From Podarcis gaigeae (lineage: Eukaryota): DNA of 64,000 nt. The translations under genes were made by a program, and so were the position numbers. Position 1 is the stretch's first letter; the number at the start of each line of letters is the position of its first letter. The notes beneath the pieces were generated by a model. It saw only the letters and a program-made list of their open reading frames with translations, searched no databases and was not told the origin of the DNA. The DNA lies in NCBI GenBank assembly GCA_964106915.2, contig OZ066917.1; one strand, given 5' to 3'. Below, in pieces: positions 39,038-52,805 of the stretch.

Positions 39038-39400
39038 GACATAAGAACAGCCTGCTGGATCAGGCCAATGGCCCATCTAGCCCAGCTTCCTGTTCTCATG
39101 GTGGCCACGCAGATGCATGTGAGAAACCCTCAAGCACAAGGGCATTCTCCCCTCCTGCCATTTCCAGCAACTGGTATTCATTGCTGCCTCCAACTGTGGA
39201 GGTCATAGAAGCAAACTCCTAGGGGCAGAGGTCCCTCCACCCCCTGTAAAATATTTGAGGGGGTGGGCTCCCCCAAAGTTGATGGACGTTGCCATTCAAA
39301 TGGTGTGGGTGTGTGCCATATATTGTGATTGATTATCTTGGATGGGGCTCAGCTGGGGGGACACCCCCTGATATTCTATACAAGTTGGAGGTGGAGCATA
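39038..39400 (-). mobile_element. CR1 3' UTR fragment with an inserted MITE (~39204-39388)
   Basis: ATAAGAACAGCCTGCTGGATCAGGCC; TGGAGGT repeated around the insert; the insert is the inverse of 63054-63240. Confidence 0.7.
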
Positions 39401-39582
39401 GTTAATTCATAATTAACTTGGCATTTGAAAGCACCACCTCTTGCTGGTTCACTGCCCACAGCCTTAGTGCACCTTATGGGCAGGCCAGCCCTGAAGCCAC
39501 AAGTCTGGACCAAAGAGCAAGTCAGAATCAGAGGACAAAGGCAGAGATAGGACACAGAACAGCCAAGCATGCAAATATCAAT

Positions 39583-39712
39583 GGATAGCTCAGCCAGTAG
39601 AGCATGAGACTCTTAATCTCAAGGCTGTGGGTTCAAGCCCCATGTTGGGCAAAAGATTCCTGCATTGCAGGGGGTTAGACTAGATGACTCTTCTAATTCT
39701 ACAATTCTATGA
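39583..39712 (+). mobile_element. tRNA-Lys(CTT)-headed SINE with CR1 tail
   Basis: GGATAGCTCAGCCAGTAGAGCATGAGACTCTTAATCTC...TTGGGC followed by a CR1-like tail. Confidence 0.85.
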
Positions 39713-39899
39713 AATCCACATTCCAGGAATACCTTGTTGTTGAAGCATGACTTTGCTGAACAGAAAAACTTTTATTGCCCAGCAATTGTGACTACTCTGT
39801 AACTTTAGACCCTGGATGTAATTCTCTCATTAAATTAAAACTAAACTAAACTAATACCACCACTGGGCATTCCTTCTTTCTAGCTGGGACTGATCTTGC

Positions 39900-40340
39900 C
39901 AGCAAGCATCTGGAAGATGGTCACACACTTTCCAACTGTGTTCGGAAGGAGCGTCCACCTTCCATCTTCTGCTGCATTGGAAGACGGCTATGCAGATGTC
40001 CCGATGCTATGCAGATCTTTGGTAGGACTCCGGCTAATAGGACGATCACCCTGGACCTTCTGCGTGTCCCATCATCAAGAGAGGCACAGGCCTTTTTTGC
40101 AGTGGCAACATGAATATGGAACTCACATCATTTGGAAGGCTAGGCCGGTTTCATGTTTTAGTTTTAGGCTGGCTGTTAAACCTTCTTTGTTCCACAGAAC
40201 TATTGGAAAATTTTAAAATCTAATTAATTTCACTCTGTTTGAAAGGTGTCCTTTTCATGTTCCTAATCACTTTGTTATGATATTGTTTTATGATTTTTTT
40301 AAAAAGGAAAGTTGATGATTTAAAATTGTGAATTACCTTG
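39900..40340 (+). mobile_element. Old L2 3' fragment (target of the Bov-B insertion)
   Basis: AFFAVAT*IWNS and FRLAVKPSLF remnants of the L2 C-terminus. Confidence 0.45.
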
Positions 40341-41998
40341 TTGTTGTTGTTGTTGTTTAGTCGTTTAGTCGTGTCCGACTCTTCGTGACCCCATGGACCA
40401 GAGAACGCCAGGCACCTCTGTCCTCCACTGCCTCCCGCAGTTTGGTCAAACTCATGCTGGTAACCTCGAAAACACTATCCAACCATCTCGTCCTCTGCCG
40501 TCCCCTTCTCCTTGTGCCCTCCATCTTTCCCAACATCAGGGTCTTCTCCAGGGAGTCTTCTCTTCTCATGAGGTGGCCAAAGTACTGGAGCCTCAGCTTC
40601 ACAATCTGTCCTTCCAGTGAGCACTCAGGGTTGATTTCCTTCAGTATGGAGAGGTTTGATCTTCTTGCAGTCCATGGGACTCTCAAGAGTCTCCTCCAGC
40701 ACCATAATTCAAAAGCATCAATTCTTCGGCGATCAGCCTTCTTTATGGTCCAGCTCTCACTTCCATACATCACTACTGGGAAAACCATAGCTTTAACTAT
40801 ACGAACCTTTGTTGGCAAGGTGATGTCTCTACTTCTCAAGATGCTGTCTAGGCCTGTCATTGCCCTTCTCCCAAGAAGCAGGTGTCTTTTAATTTCGTGG
40901 CTGCTGTCACCATCTGCAGTGATCATTGAGCCCAAGAAAGTAAAATCTCTCACTACCTCCATTTCTTCCCCTTCTATTTGCCAGGAGGTGATGGGACCAG
41001 TGGCCATGATCTTCGTTTTTTTGATGTTGAGCTTCAGACCATATTTTGCGCTCTCCTCTTTCACCCTCATTAAAAGGTTCTTTAATTCCTCCTCACTTTC
41101 TGCCATCAAGGTTGTGTCATCTGCATATCTGAGGTTGTTGATATTTCTTCCGGCAATCTTAATTCCGGCTAGGGATTCATCCAGCCCAGCCTTTCGCATG
41201 ATGAATTCTGCATATAAGTTAACTAAGCAGGGAGACAAAATACAGCCTTGTCGTACTCCTTTCCCAATTTTGAACCAATCAGTTGTTCCATATCCAGTTC
41301 TAACTGTAGCTTCTTGTCCCACATAGAGATCTCTCAGGAGACAGATGAGGTGATCTGGCACTCCCATTTCTTTAAGAACTTGCCATAGTTTGCCGTGGTC
41401 GACACAGTCAAAGGCTTTTGCATAGTCAATGAAGCAGAAGTAGATGTCTTTCTGGAACTCTCTAGCTTTCTCCATAATCCAGCGCATGTTTGCAATTTGG
41501 TCTCTGGTTCCTCTGCCTCTTCTAAATCCAGCTTCTGGGAGTTCTCGGTCCACATACTGCTTGAGCCTTCCTTGTAGAATTTTAAGCATAACCTTGCTAG
41601 CGTGTGAAATGAGTGCAATTGTGCGGTAGTTGGAGCATTCTTTGGCACTGCCCTTCTTTGGGATTGGGATGTAGACTGATCTTCTCCAATCTTCTGGCCA
41701 CTGCTGAGTTTTCCAAACTTGCTGGCATATTGAGTGTAGCACCTTAACAGCATCATCTTTTAAAATTTTAAATAGTTCAGCTGGAATACCATCACTTCCA
41801 CTGGCCTTGTTATTTGCAGTGCTTTCTAAGGCCCATGTCTGGCTCAAGGTCAACCACCACGCTACCTGGGGTATACGAGACATCCATTTCTTTCCGGTAT
41901 AATTCCTCTGTGTATTCTTGCCACCTCTTCTTGATGTCTTCTGCTTCTGTTAGGTCCTTTCCACTTTTGTCCTTTATTATGGAAATCTTTGTATTACC
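40341..41998 (-). mobile_element. 5'-truncated Bov-B (RTE clade) LINE, young
   Basis: Perfect 15-bp TSD TTGTGAATTACCTTG (40326-40340, 41999-42013); (CAA)n tail; RT ORF. Confidence 0.97.
40357..41835 (-). pseudogene. Bov-B reverse transcriptase domain, open to the stop but lacking the endonuclease and N-terminus
   Basis: KASGSDGIPAE, NYRTIALISH, FIDYAKAFDCV, GVRQGCILSP, RYADDTTL, FTFLGS motifs; frameshift at ~41835 relative to the upstream linker (KRWQEYTEELY...LEPD). Confidence 0.95.
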
Positions 41999-42980
41999 TT
42001 GTGAATTACCTTGGTAGCCCTTAAATGCATTCCTGTTTGATGCCAATGGAACTTTTTAAATTTTCAAAGTTTTGTATTTGAATGAACCTAGATCTGCCAG
42101 TGAGTTTGGCTGCTTGCAGAGAGACTGTAACATGCGCCATGAACCTTATGTGATGTGCCCCTCACTTCTGCCTCTCTTACTCATGCCTAATTTCAGCTTT
42201 TTCTCACATTTCCCAAGTTTTGATATCTTGCCCATTTCTAAACCTGTTTATCAAAGCCGATTCATGACAAGGTCAAATTGCATCTGCAGTCTCCATATGA
42301 CAACAAAAGAGAAACCTATGTGAATATGAATAACAATTCTGAGAGGTTGTTTTTAATTAGTGTGCAATTGCCCCTGTTGGTATCTACTGTTGATTGAGAA
42401 CTATGAATTAATTTCCATTAAAAGTGTTTTCTATTTCTATATAGAGTTGCAGTGTTCCACCACATGTGATGCTCTGTAAGAGAAAATTTCTCTGTAAGAG
42501 AAAACTTAGTGTGATGCTCTGTAAGAGAAAATTTTGAATTTTCCTGAAATCTGAACCCATATCTCAGGCTGTTAAATATGGAAATCCAATCACATAGTGC
42601 CCCACCACCCGGTACCAATCTGTGCTCATGGTTCTTGATCCAGGAAGAAAGACCACTTTTCATAAGCACACCATCCTTGTTTGATCAGCGAGTATCATTC
42701 TTGTTTTATGTATGTATGACCTCCTCAAGGTTATCAATTTAATTGGTAAATCTCTGTACTACAGTGATTAAGCTTAACAGAACATTAACTAATGGTGTAG
42801 CTGGGAAAGCAATATACTGTACAAAGTACAGTATTGCAGACTAGCAGAAATATAATGAGAACAAAATGAACTGCAAGCTCTCAGGTGTTATGGGACATAA
42901 TTCGGGGCTGTTAGATTAGATGAGCACTGATGGGTGTACAGGTCCATATGCCTAATAGGCACTGCAAAGTGAGATAATTA

Positions 42981-43160
42981 AGGCTGCAATCCTATTTACA
43001 TTTTCCTCGGCGTAAGCCCCATTGAACAGGGATGGACTTACTTTGAGGGAAACATGAATGGATTGCTTGCACTATGAGGCTGCAATCCTATACTCACTTA
43101 CCTGGGAGGAAATCTCATTGCACCCTGTGGAAGTGAGTGAACACATACAGGATTGCAATG
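42981..43160. repeat. Two tandem copies of a short palindromic squamate DNA repeat
   Basis: GGCTGCAATCCTAT...GGATTGC twice; related copies at ~10525 and ~62872. Confidence 0.6.
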
Positions 43161-44069
43161 CTTAACTGCTCAGTCTGTCAAACGGATTCTTAAATATAGA
43201 AGCATTTAAGAGCTTGCACACCAAATGTGTTTCAAACCTCAAATCCAGCTTCTGTCCACCCACATTGTTTCCAAAGTGTCCGATGAAGAAAAAATGAACC
43301 AGATTTATATATATTTACTTTAGTTTAGCTTTCACACCCTTCTGTGTCAATAAATAAGGAGTAAGGAACCCACTAATCATAGCATGTAGTACTAAAAAAA
43401 GCTGGGTGTATGCTTATTTACTCCAAAATAACATTGGGTATTCTGTGTGTACTAGTTAGCCTGAGTCTTGTTTCTGCCTCACACACCAAATCAGTGTGCT
43501 TTGATTACTATGAATGAAGCCAGCATGACTTAATGCTGAGCAGAGATCAATTTTATTGTCAATGGGGTTTATTTACAGAGTACTTAAAATGGCAGCGATC
43601 TGGGTGTGGAATAGCCATTGCTGCATAGGCATATCTTTAAATGAAGAATGCCTATCTGTTCCTTAATCCCCCTGTGCTGGCGTCAGTCCAGCCAAAAGGC
43701 TAGGGCATGGCTAGGGAGCAGGGGAGGCACAGCAGTGGCCCAAAGCTCGCTGGCAGGTCCAGGCCCACTGTCTGAGAAACACTGTGCTAGGATACATGCT
43801 CCGTTAATTCAGGCTAAGAGTGAGGGCTCACAAGCTCTGCTAGTACCTCAAATGGATTAAATGGGTACCCTCAGCCCCACCTCAGAATCATCTGCAGAAC
43901 ATTGGGATTTCATGGTAGAGCTTTCAAAGGGCTCCCTCAGAATTAAAAGTCCAGGAGGAAATAGTTCCTTGAAGGTAGGAAGTTTGAAAACCACTCAACT
44001 TTAAGATGTAGAAGTCATAATTTTATTTGTGAAATGGTTGTTGTTGCCATTGACATAGGAAGCTGTCTC

Positions 44070-44240
44070 TTATACCAAGTCAGACCATTATTCAATATAG
44101 GTCAGCATTGTTAATATTAACTGGTAGCAGCTCTCCAAGATTTCAGGCAGGGATCTTTCCGCAGCCTTATCTGGTGATGCTAGTGATTGTGTTTGGGACC
44201 GTCAGCATTCAAAGCATATGCAACATACAACAGCCTTTCC
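44070..44240 (-). mobile_element. Old tRNA-derived SINE fragment
   Basis: ACATAGGAAGCTG..CAGACCATT..GCAGCTCTCC..CAGCC; related copies at ~12830, ~24605, ~31440 (+), ~45175 (+) and ~54220. Confidence 0.55.
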
Positions 44241-47200
44241 CGAAACAGAATATACATTATTCTTACATTATTCTTCTTCTCTTTCATTATCTCAAAAACA
44301 CTTAAGTGCTGTGTACAAATAAAAATGTATTGTGTAACATTTATTTAATATTAGTATTATCAATAACAATTAGTTATAATATGCTGTTCTACAAGATGTT
44401 TGCAGCTTCTCGATGCCTTCAGCAGAGTTGGTGCAGATAAAAGCATCTTCAGATTTGTGTGGTTTAATCCTCACAGTCCAGGATTCTAACCAAAATGACA
44501 TGCTGACTTCTGGCACATAAATTCCTATTATAATAAGCATCCAACATTTTATACGTCTGCTTCCTTGTGTTTAATATTTTGAGTTACATATAAATTAATA
44601 CCCTCAACAAATATCTTGGTAGATGAATTACTTTTATTCTTTAGCTGAAAAAGTGCCAGTGGTTATTTTTTCAATGTCGCCTCAGATTTTGCATTGTTGA
44701 AGTTTATTTGGCAGAGTTGCATATTTACATTGGATCCTTTAAAATCCCAGTACTCTGCTTAAACACATCATCTTAAAATCAGCCCCAGGAGCAGCAAGTA
44801 GTACAGGGAAAGGTTACAGATTTATTAGTGCTGACACTATAAAGCTAAACTGTCCTCTGAGGTTTAGAATTTTTTAACATAGAAGTGATTTATAGAAAAA
44901 GTAAAGCCCAAATATTTTTGAGGAGCAGCAAAGTCTGGCTTCGGATGAGGTGATGTGCTATATTTGGGTCTTAGTAAAGTTGGTTTTTTAAAAAATAAAG
45001 AAATCAGTGAAGTGTTTCCAGTTTCTTATTAACGCAAATAAAATTTCCTATGTTACTTTTGCATCAACATCCTTCCATAATGTGGACCACTAGACAAAGA
45101 CTGGGCAACACAGTCAGATGGGTGGAGGTACTAGTAAATAATAATAATTGATAATAAATAGCTTGGTTCAATTGGGGAAAGCTCCAGTGTGAGACCTTAG
45201 AGAGCTGGTGCTGGTCAGTGTAAATGGTAGTGAGCGATATGAGTCAATAAATGGTCTTAACTCTGTATAAGGCAGGTTCCTATATTGTTATGAACAGTCC
45301 CTCTTCCTGGATAGCCATATTTGATATGAACTCACTTAGCCTGTCATCTTCAGTGCATTTGTAGCTGCATCATCTGTACAATGCATTACTAAGAGCTCCT
45401 TAGCTTTCCTAATGGGTAAAACTGGGTGCTGCATTAGAAGACTGGTAAAGATTGACAAAGGAAAATCCTGCATATTAACATCAGAAATCAGGACAGATGC
45501 ATGACTGAGATAGTGCTGCCATTAGGTAACCATCAGCATCCATTTCCTGTCCATGACATTATTTGATGCCTCTTCATTGTAAGATTGCCCCAGTTGCATA
45601 TGTATTGACAGAAATGTTGGAGCACGCTCTACTCTCTCTCTACACCAGGTTTGAGGAACCTTTGGCCCTTTAGATATTTCTGAATGACAGTTCCCAACAT
45701 ACCTGGTCACGCTTGCTAGGGTTGCTGAGATATGTACCGGTAGTTCAGCAACATCTGGAGTGTCCAAGGCTCCCTACACCTGCTCTACAGGATGAGGCGA
45801 CATGGAGGAGAATAACTGAACAGGGCTCTGGTATGTGAGAGAGGAGGGAGTGAAAGGAAGACAAAGATGCATGTGAGGGTATCTGCTGGTGCACATTCTC
45901 GCCCCAGAAGCCCACATTCAACTTTGAAAAGTTTGCTGCACTTGAACAAGCTATGTCATCAGAGAAGGAACTTGCTTCCTGTTCCTTAGGTGAAGAAAAT
46001 GCCTGCAGGGATTGGAAATTATGAGGAACCTAACGACACTTCATGTTGGTGATCAGGAAGTTCATATACAGAGACATACCGAATCAAGGCTGTCTTTGAT
46101 TTACTCTGATTTGGCAAGCCAGGATTAGATGAAAGAAATATAGTTGTTATAGGACGGGGAGATTGATCTGGATGTCATATTTTGGACTCCTCCAAGACTT
46201 TGACTTTATATCTGTAAGATGGGATTCTGTAGAAAGAGAGGCTGCTAAAGTGGTCATACAGAGTTCTATAGCAAATAGAATTCTATTACCAGCTATCATG
46301 GGAGAAAGCAGTTGGACCATAATCACATTCAAACACAAACAGTAATTGTATAAAGAAAACATAACAGAAGAATATTCTTGGTTATTCCCATCCTTATTGA
46401 TCAACATTTATAAAACATTGAAAAACACAATTTCAAAAATGGTTGTCAAAATTAAGAGAGCACATATATTCACCCTAATACTTATTCTGGCATTGATATT
46501 CCTGATAATTATGAAATGGAAAGAAAGCTGGATTTTTCTATACCTGTGCCAGTGAAACATGATACAGCAAACTAGTTGGGAGAGGGAGGGTTCTAATTCT
46601 TGTCAGGCTGGGATGCATTGAAGATTCTGCTCATAATGCTGGAAAGCAAGTGGAAGTATTGTAAAGGTTTTTTTCAAGGGAGGGTGCCACTTGTCAAAGG
46701 AATGTTGTGGATTGCTGTGGATAGTAATTTTATTTATTTTCAGTTTGCCCATAGGTTTTGTGAAAGTCAACAAAATGCATAATTAGAAAGACTTTAGAAA
46801 ACCATCAGTCAAGGTTGAAGGCAGTCTCAGGCTGTGATAGCCAAAAAAAATCAAAATGATGCTTAAAAGGATGTTATGCTGGAAAATATGTGTAAAAACT
46901 AATAAAAAATTATTCATAAAAAAGAAAGTCAAAGTCTCTGATCATGGTCTCTCAATCCAGCAATTAATGTGTACAGTTAAGAGCACCCAAGCACAAACAC
47001 ACACACACACACACACCACAAACAAAATAAATTGGTACCAAACACTGTGCTATGCTGAATGGAAATATGTTGTGCTTTCAGTTTTGCAGACTTGGTCATT
47101 AATAGTACTAATATTAATGCCAATGACTCACTTTCTGTTCAGGAGGGTGACATTCCAGAGTCCTGAGATTTTCCCTTTTGCAAATGTTCCTTTGCTAGTG

Positions 47201-48189
47201 AACCAGCAAGCACTGTGTGATTCTAATGATGTTGAAAGTGGGAGAAATTCTATTCACCTCACATTTAAGGGTGAATCTACCTGATTCACACTTTCCGAAA
47301 CAAACACAAAATCTTTCAAATTCTGCACTCCTCTGAATTTTGCAATGCAGTTCTCCAGACAAGTAAGCCAAGTAATATGTACAAACATGCTTATACTAAT
47401 TAGTAAGGCTAAAAAGGCATATATTAGTACTTACTTTGCCAAACTTTTATTAGGCATTACAAATATAGGCCATCATAAAACATCCATCTATAATTTTTTA
47501 AAATATATACAAATAAACAGCCATGTAAAAATATGTAGTAATGAGGATTTTCATTGGAGTTTCTTCCCACTAAAATAGTGCCATTCACCACTCTGAGAGA
47601 TACTATTGATAAAAACTCAGTCACTCTTGCAGTTACTTCCGAGTTAATGTCAGTCAGAATCTGATATTTTCTTTGTGCCGTGATGTTAGACAACCCAAAA
47701 AAGGGAACACGCATTTGCGGAGCTGGTTGTACAATAGAATATGTTCTACTGTGTCTGGCACATTCAAAAAACATCAGCAATGTCTAGTGTTTCTGGGGAT
47801 GTTTAAATATCTGCCCTTGTTAAAAGCTGAGGGGAAAACGTTCAGTCAGGTTAACATAAAGGCTGGAATTATTAATTTTGAAATATAAGTGACCCTGTTA
47901 TCTGTTGTATTTAAATAATAAAACTTGTGGGAACAATTTTTTTTTTACAGCTGACTTGATGTTTTGTTTTTTCAGTGTCCCTTAATCTGATTTGAATATT
48001 ACAATAAATATATTGCTCACTTGAACTATACAAGAGCTAAAAGTCAATAACAATAGATCTGATTTTGCTATGTAAACCATCTGGTTTGGAGTTGGAACCA
48101 TCTGGATTTATAAGAGTTCTTAAGTAAGTCAGAGAGCAGACTCGAAGGTTAGCAATGGAAATGACAACACAACCAGTCTAGCCCACACC

Positions 48190-48730
48190 CAGTATTCCAT
48201 TGTGTGTATACCTAGTTCTGCACACATCGTCTCATACTTAATTGAACTTGGGAGCCCCAGGATATGTCTTAAGAAACTTGAGTATATCTTATCTAATTCA
48301 CTATTATATGCTTGTATCCATATTGGGATCCCAAAAGTAGCTGGGACTACACTATAGCTTGAAAGATTTGAATAGCAGTTGGTATAAATAGTTACCTTTC
48401 TGAAAATAAAAGTGAGCTACACTTTGCCTGTTTTATAGCACTTGTGCGATGGTTTGACCAACCTGAGTTGCTCTGGAATAAAATTCTGAGATATCTGTGC
48501 CTCTTTACTTGCTGGGTTTTTTGTCCTCTTATTTTCCATTTCTTTAGTTTCTGTGAATTAGAGAAGACCAGAATTTTTGCCTTCTCATAATTTATTGAGA
48601 GTTTATTGGTTCCACAATAGGAAACAAGGGAGAATAAAAGACATTTCAGACCTATACTCGTCAGTGATAATAAGACCACATCATCCTCATACAGTAAGAG
48701 TGGGACCTGGTTTTGATTGATTTGGGGGGC
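48190..48730 (-). mobile_element. Degraded non-LTR RT fragment (RTE-X-like)
   Basis: VPLLLYEDDVVLLSLTSIGLK..L..YC....LSINYEKAKILVF...QVKRHRYLRILF, then GIPIW...LDKIYSSFLRHILG...ELG. Confidence 0.75.
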
Positions 48731-51673
48731 TTGTGAGTCTGTGTTTTGAATGTGCTCTGGAAGATATGGTAAAAAAAATTAAAAAGAAAAGGGGCAGGAA
48801 AAGCATATATTAGTGTAAATACAAAATGCATTATATGAGGGGGAAATGCTTTGTAAAAATACACGCTGTGGGCAAAATTGCATTAAAATATGGATATTAG
48901 AAAATATGTACCCTAAAATACTGATGAATTCTCATGATGATTTTATTTAAAAGCAAACTGGTGTGGAAATGTAGAGAACAGAAGATTGGGGAAATGAGAA
49001 ACTGAGAGAAACAAAAATTGACACTCACAGTAGGTTGCTTCCAGGCAACATGAGATGCCAGCATTTGCTACATGCAATGAGCAGGTAGCCTGTCAAAAGG
49101 TTGATGAGCCTCAAGCAATCCCCCTTTTCCTCTAAGTGCACGAATATGTTGATCTGTCACACCTTGAGCATGGGTCAAAACCACCCACTAGGTCTTCTCA
49201 AAAGAACCAATGAGTGGGGAGGAAACACCTCCACATAGCCTAACATCTGAAGGGTGTTCAAATAAGCACCATTGTGCATAGAGAGGGGTAAGCCCAAGTG
49301 CATGGCCATTCAGGATTGAGCCAAACTCCTTGCATAGAGAATGCTCTGCATGCACATCAGTCCAAATGTAGAGCCCTTTCTCATGCTTGCCAAATAAACA
49401 GTTGGTGGGGGCATGGCTACAACGTGTAGTAGGGGTGGCGCCAGCTTTTCCTGTGGGGGCCCCTCACACTTTGAGTGCGTAAGAGGTACCTCTCATTTCT
49501 AATTGTGGCAATCCCTGGCCCGTCAAACGGTGATGGATCCAATGGCTGACCCAATTTTTCTATTGTGCAAATAAGTTTACCTGTTGCAGGTGCTATATTC
49601 AACATCCCACACTTCCTGCAGCTTGGCCAGCGACTTGAATAAGAACTCTCACTGAGATTCAGAAGATCTATTCCTGTGGCATCCCCCATCTCCCCTACAC
49701 ATAACCAATTGATGTAGAACAAAGGAGCAACCCCTTAGGGGCACAGACAAGGCTCTGTCCAGGGTACTGATTTGTCTTGCCCCAATATGTCTTTGTCTGG
49801 CCTGAATATGACTCTATCACATGTGCTACTATGCCACTCCATTAAGCTGTACCACAGTCATAGCACATTTCACTATGAGTGTAGAGCCCAGCCAGGGCAA
49901 AAACAAACTCTTCATTTCATTTTTAAGTTGTATACTGCCTTTCTATATTACTAAACCCAATGTGGTTTACAAGCTGAAGAAACAACAAAATATACAACAA
50001 AGATCACATACCATATAACAATCTGACCCAATTATTTAAAAAAAATCATAATGAAAAAATATTTAAAGATATGTGTTTGTTATTATTTTTGTATTGGATT
50101 GGATTGTTATGTCTGTCAAATAACTTATGTCAATTAAAGTAATATTCAGTAATCCATTAGAATGTAAAGTACACAATAAAAATAAATATCAGCAATTAAT
50201 AATCAAACAGAAATTCAATCTTAACAATTACAGTAAATAATTACTAAACTATAATCAATAGAAACAACAGCAAGGCACATTGCATAAAATAGCACAATAC
50301 ATACAAAACTGTGTAAAATGATCAACTTGAGAAACACAGACAAACAAGGTATACAATTATTTTTTAAAAAAATAGGAGGGAAGTACTACTCTATGTTCAA
50401 CTTTTGCAGGGATGGGGACCCCAATCCAATCCAGGATTCTGGGTAGCATCTTAATCAATGTGTTGATGTTCCCATTTCTAATATTTCAATTCCATTTGAT
50501 AGCTTTCCTGTAAAGGCCTGTCTCTCTACTGTAATCTCTGTCTCTCAGGCTTCATTAGCACTGTGAAGCTGCAGTGGTTGTTAGTTCTTGGCAATGAGTT
50601 CTTATTCCAGTTACTGACATTTCTATTTAGTGAGAAAATAAATCTCTTCCAGTTGCATTTCCCTCCTTGGGGTGAATTTAATTAAACTGTTAAATGTCAA
50701 ATACTAGTAAGCAGAAGGAAATCTATATTGACTGACAGGATCCGTTAGTTACAGTACACCGGTGAGTGTTTACTTGGTACAGATTTAGGCTTGGAAAGAA
50801 TTTAGGTAGCAAGGATAAAGCAGTTTCTTGTGCTGAGTCCTAAATAAACCACCAAAAAAGCCCAGGAGGTGGGAATTACCATTAAATCAATCACTGGCAG
50901 AGGCTAGAGGAGGAGGAGAAGGAAGCTACATGAAGCAACACTGAGAAGATGGAATTCAGAATATCTGTAAGACAGCATGTTCTAATAGCATTAGCTGAAA
51001 TTAGTGGTGCATTATACATCCCACAACTAATCCCCATTGATGCCATTAAATCTAATAGGAAATGATTCTGCCCAGTTCAAGTGCCTAGCCTACCTTTAAT
51101 AGCTGGGAATAATAAGCATCAGCTTATTGCCGCACCTTAGAATATGCCACCTCAGAACATGTTCATAAGGGATTGCAAGACTGCCTTGTTCTGTTATTGT
51201 TCAGCCTGTTCGATGGTTGACTTTACCCCCTTTGAACATAAGATGAATAAATTTAAATAATTTTTAAAAATTGTGGTGCAAGGGGAGAGAATGCCTTGAG
51301 TGAGGCAGCCATTCCTCTCATCCTTCACATCAAGGAGCAAAATGTTTTGGACCAGCCTTGTCTGCTTCTTTTGTGCACTTCTAAACTACTGCCATGCACT
51401 GTAAGACTTGCAGCATGCTCAATTTAGCGTAAGGTGAGGGTTGAATGGCACCAAGAATGAGGAAGCCATGACTCCAGCTCCCATCAGCCTCAATCAGCAA
51501 GGCCAATGGCCAGGGATGATGGTAACTGCATCTCAACAATATCTGGAGAACAAGACACCCCATTCTTGATAGGCAGTCACATTTGATGCTTGATATGGCA
51601 TTTCTCAGATAGCTTCAAATCTGTCCTCTTTTCTAATAGATTCCAGGATGGTGAAGAACAATGCAGTGTAATA

Positions 51674-51866
51674 CAGTGGTACTCCGCTAACCCAGAAATA
51701 ATACCTCGGGTTAAGAACTTTGCTTCAGGATGAGAACAGAAATAATGCTCCGGCAGCGCGGCAGCAGGAGGCCCCATTAGCTAAAGTGGGGCTTCAGGTT
51801 AAGAACAGTTTCAGGTTAAGGAGCTCCGGAATAAATTAAGTACTTAACCCGAGGTAAGTACCACTG
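51674..51866. mobile_element. Tc1/mariner MITE (family of 27009)
   Basis: TA-CAGTGGTAC...GTACCACTG-TA; shared internal sequence in opposite orientation. Confidence 0.85.
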
Positions 51867-52805
51867 TACAATGGAGTATAATTAGAACAACATTCTTCAT
51901 ACAACTACAAAATAATGAAATGGTGAAGAATCAGTTTATAAAACTGCAAAGCAAACAGAGGACATGAAACTAATTTCAAATGCTTAAGCTAATAAAAAAA
52001 ATTGTCTTGATCCCATGCTGAAAAGATTGTAGTGTCACTGCCAGTCAAACTTCCCTTGCGAAGGTATTCCAAAGATGGAGGTATCCCTGCAGAGAAAAGG
52101 GCTATGAATTGAAGCAGGCTTAATCCAAGTTTATTAGCACCGTTACTAAAAATGAAATGCCGAGGCTCTCGTCCTGGAAATACGAGTTTTTCTGGTCTAG
52201 GAGATGGCAAGGTGGTGAAGGGGGGGGCAATTAGAAGTGGGGAAGTGCTGCAGTTGTGACAGCTGCTTGCAACATACTTCATCATGGAGACATCTGAAAT
52301 GGAAATAGCTATGTTGGCACCACTTCTTAAAACGCTCTCTTTGCTATAATTACAACAACTCTTTATTATTTATTTCATGCATTTTCAAGGTGCACTTTAT
52401 GCCAAAATAGCACTCAAAGTGCTCCTCCCCATGACCTGCTTATTGAGCGATCATCCTGTTTTGCTTGCACAATGCTTATGCAGAGGTTATAAGACACCCA
52501 CACTTCACTGAACATTTGTTCTGTTTGTTTGTCGGGAGGTTATACTACAGTGAACATTCATCCGAATGTGCTTGTACAGAGGTTATATGCCTTCCTGTCA
52601 ATCAGTCATTTATCCTACACAAAAGGTGTCTTTGCCCAACACTTTCCTGTGAAAAGTTGTTGTTTTGTTTTTTTAAAGAAGTGAGTGTGTTGCATCCACA
52701 TTAATTGTGTAAACTATAATTTCTGGTATGCAGTTGAATCCCACCAGCAAAATGCTGACAGTCTGCAGGTAACCAAAGCATGTGAGAAATAAATGTCTGT
52801 GTCTT

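Noticed and set aside
39583-39651. tRNA-Lys(CTT) gene (also at 29778)
   Set aside because: Mutated stems and B box, fused to a CR1-like tail: SINE heads, not tRNA genes
40385-41326. 313-aa plus-strand ORF (and the matching 35855-36187 ORF)
   Set aside because: Antisense shadow of the Bov-B RT frame; no independent evidence of coding
46100-46900. Possible L1 endonuclease relic (WDALK motif)
   Set aside because: Too degenerate to support by eye
49417-49722. 101-aa minus-strand ORF with CxxC
   Set aside because: No recognisable family and no clear exon boundaries
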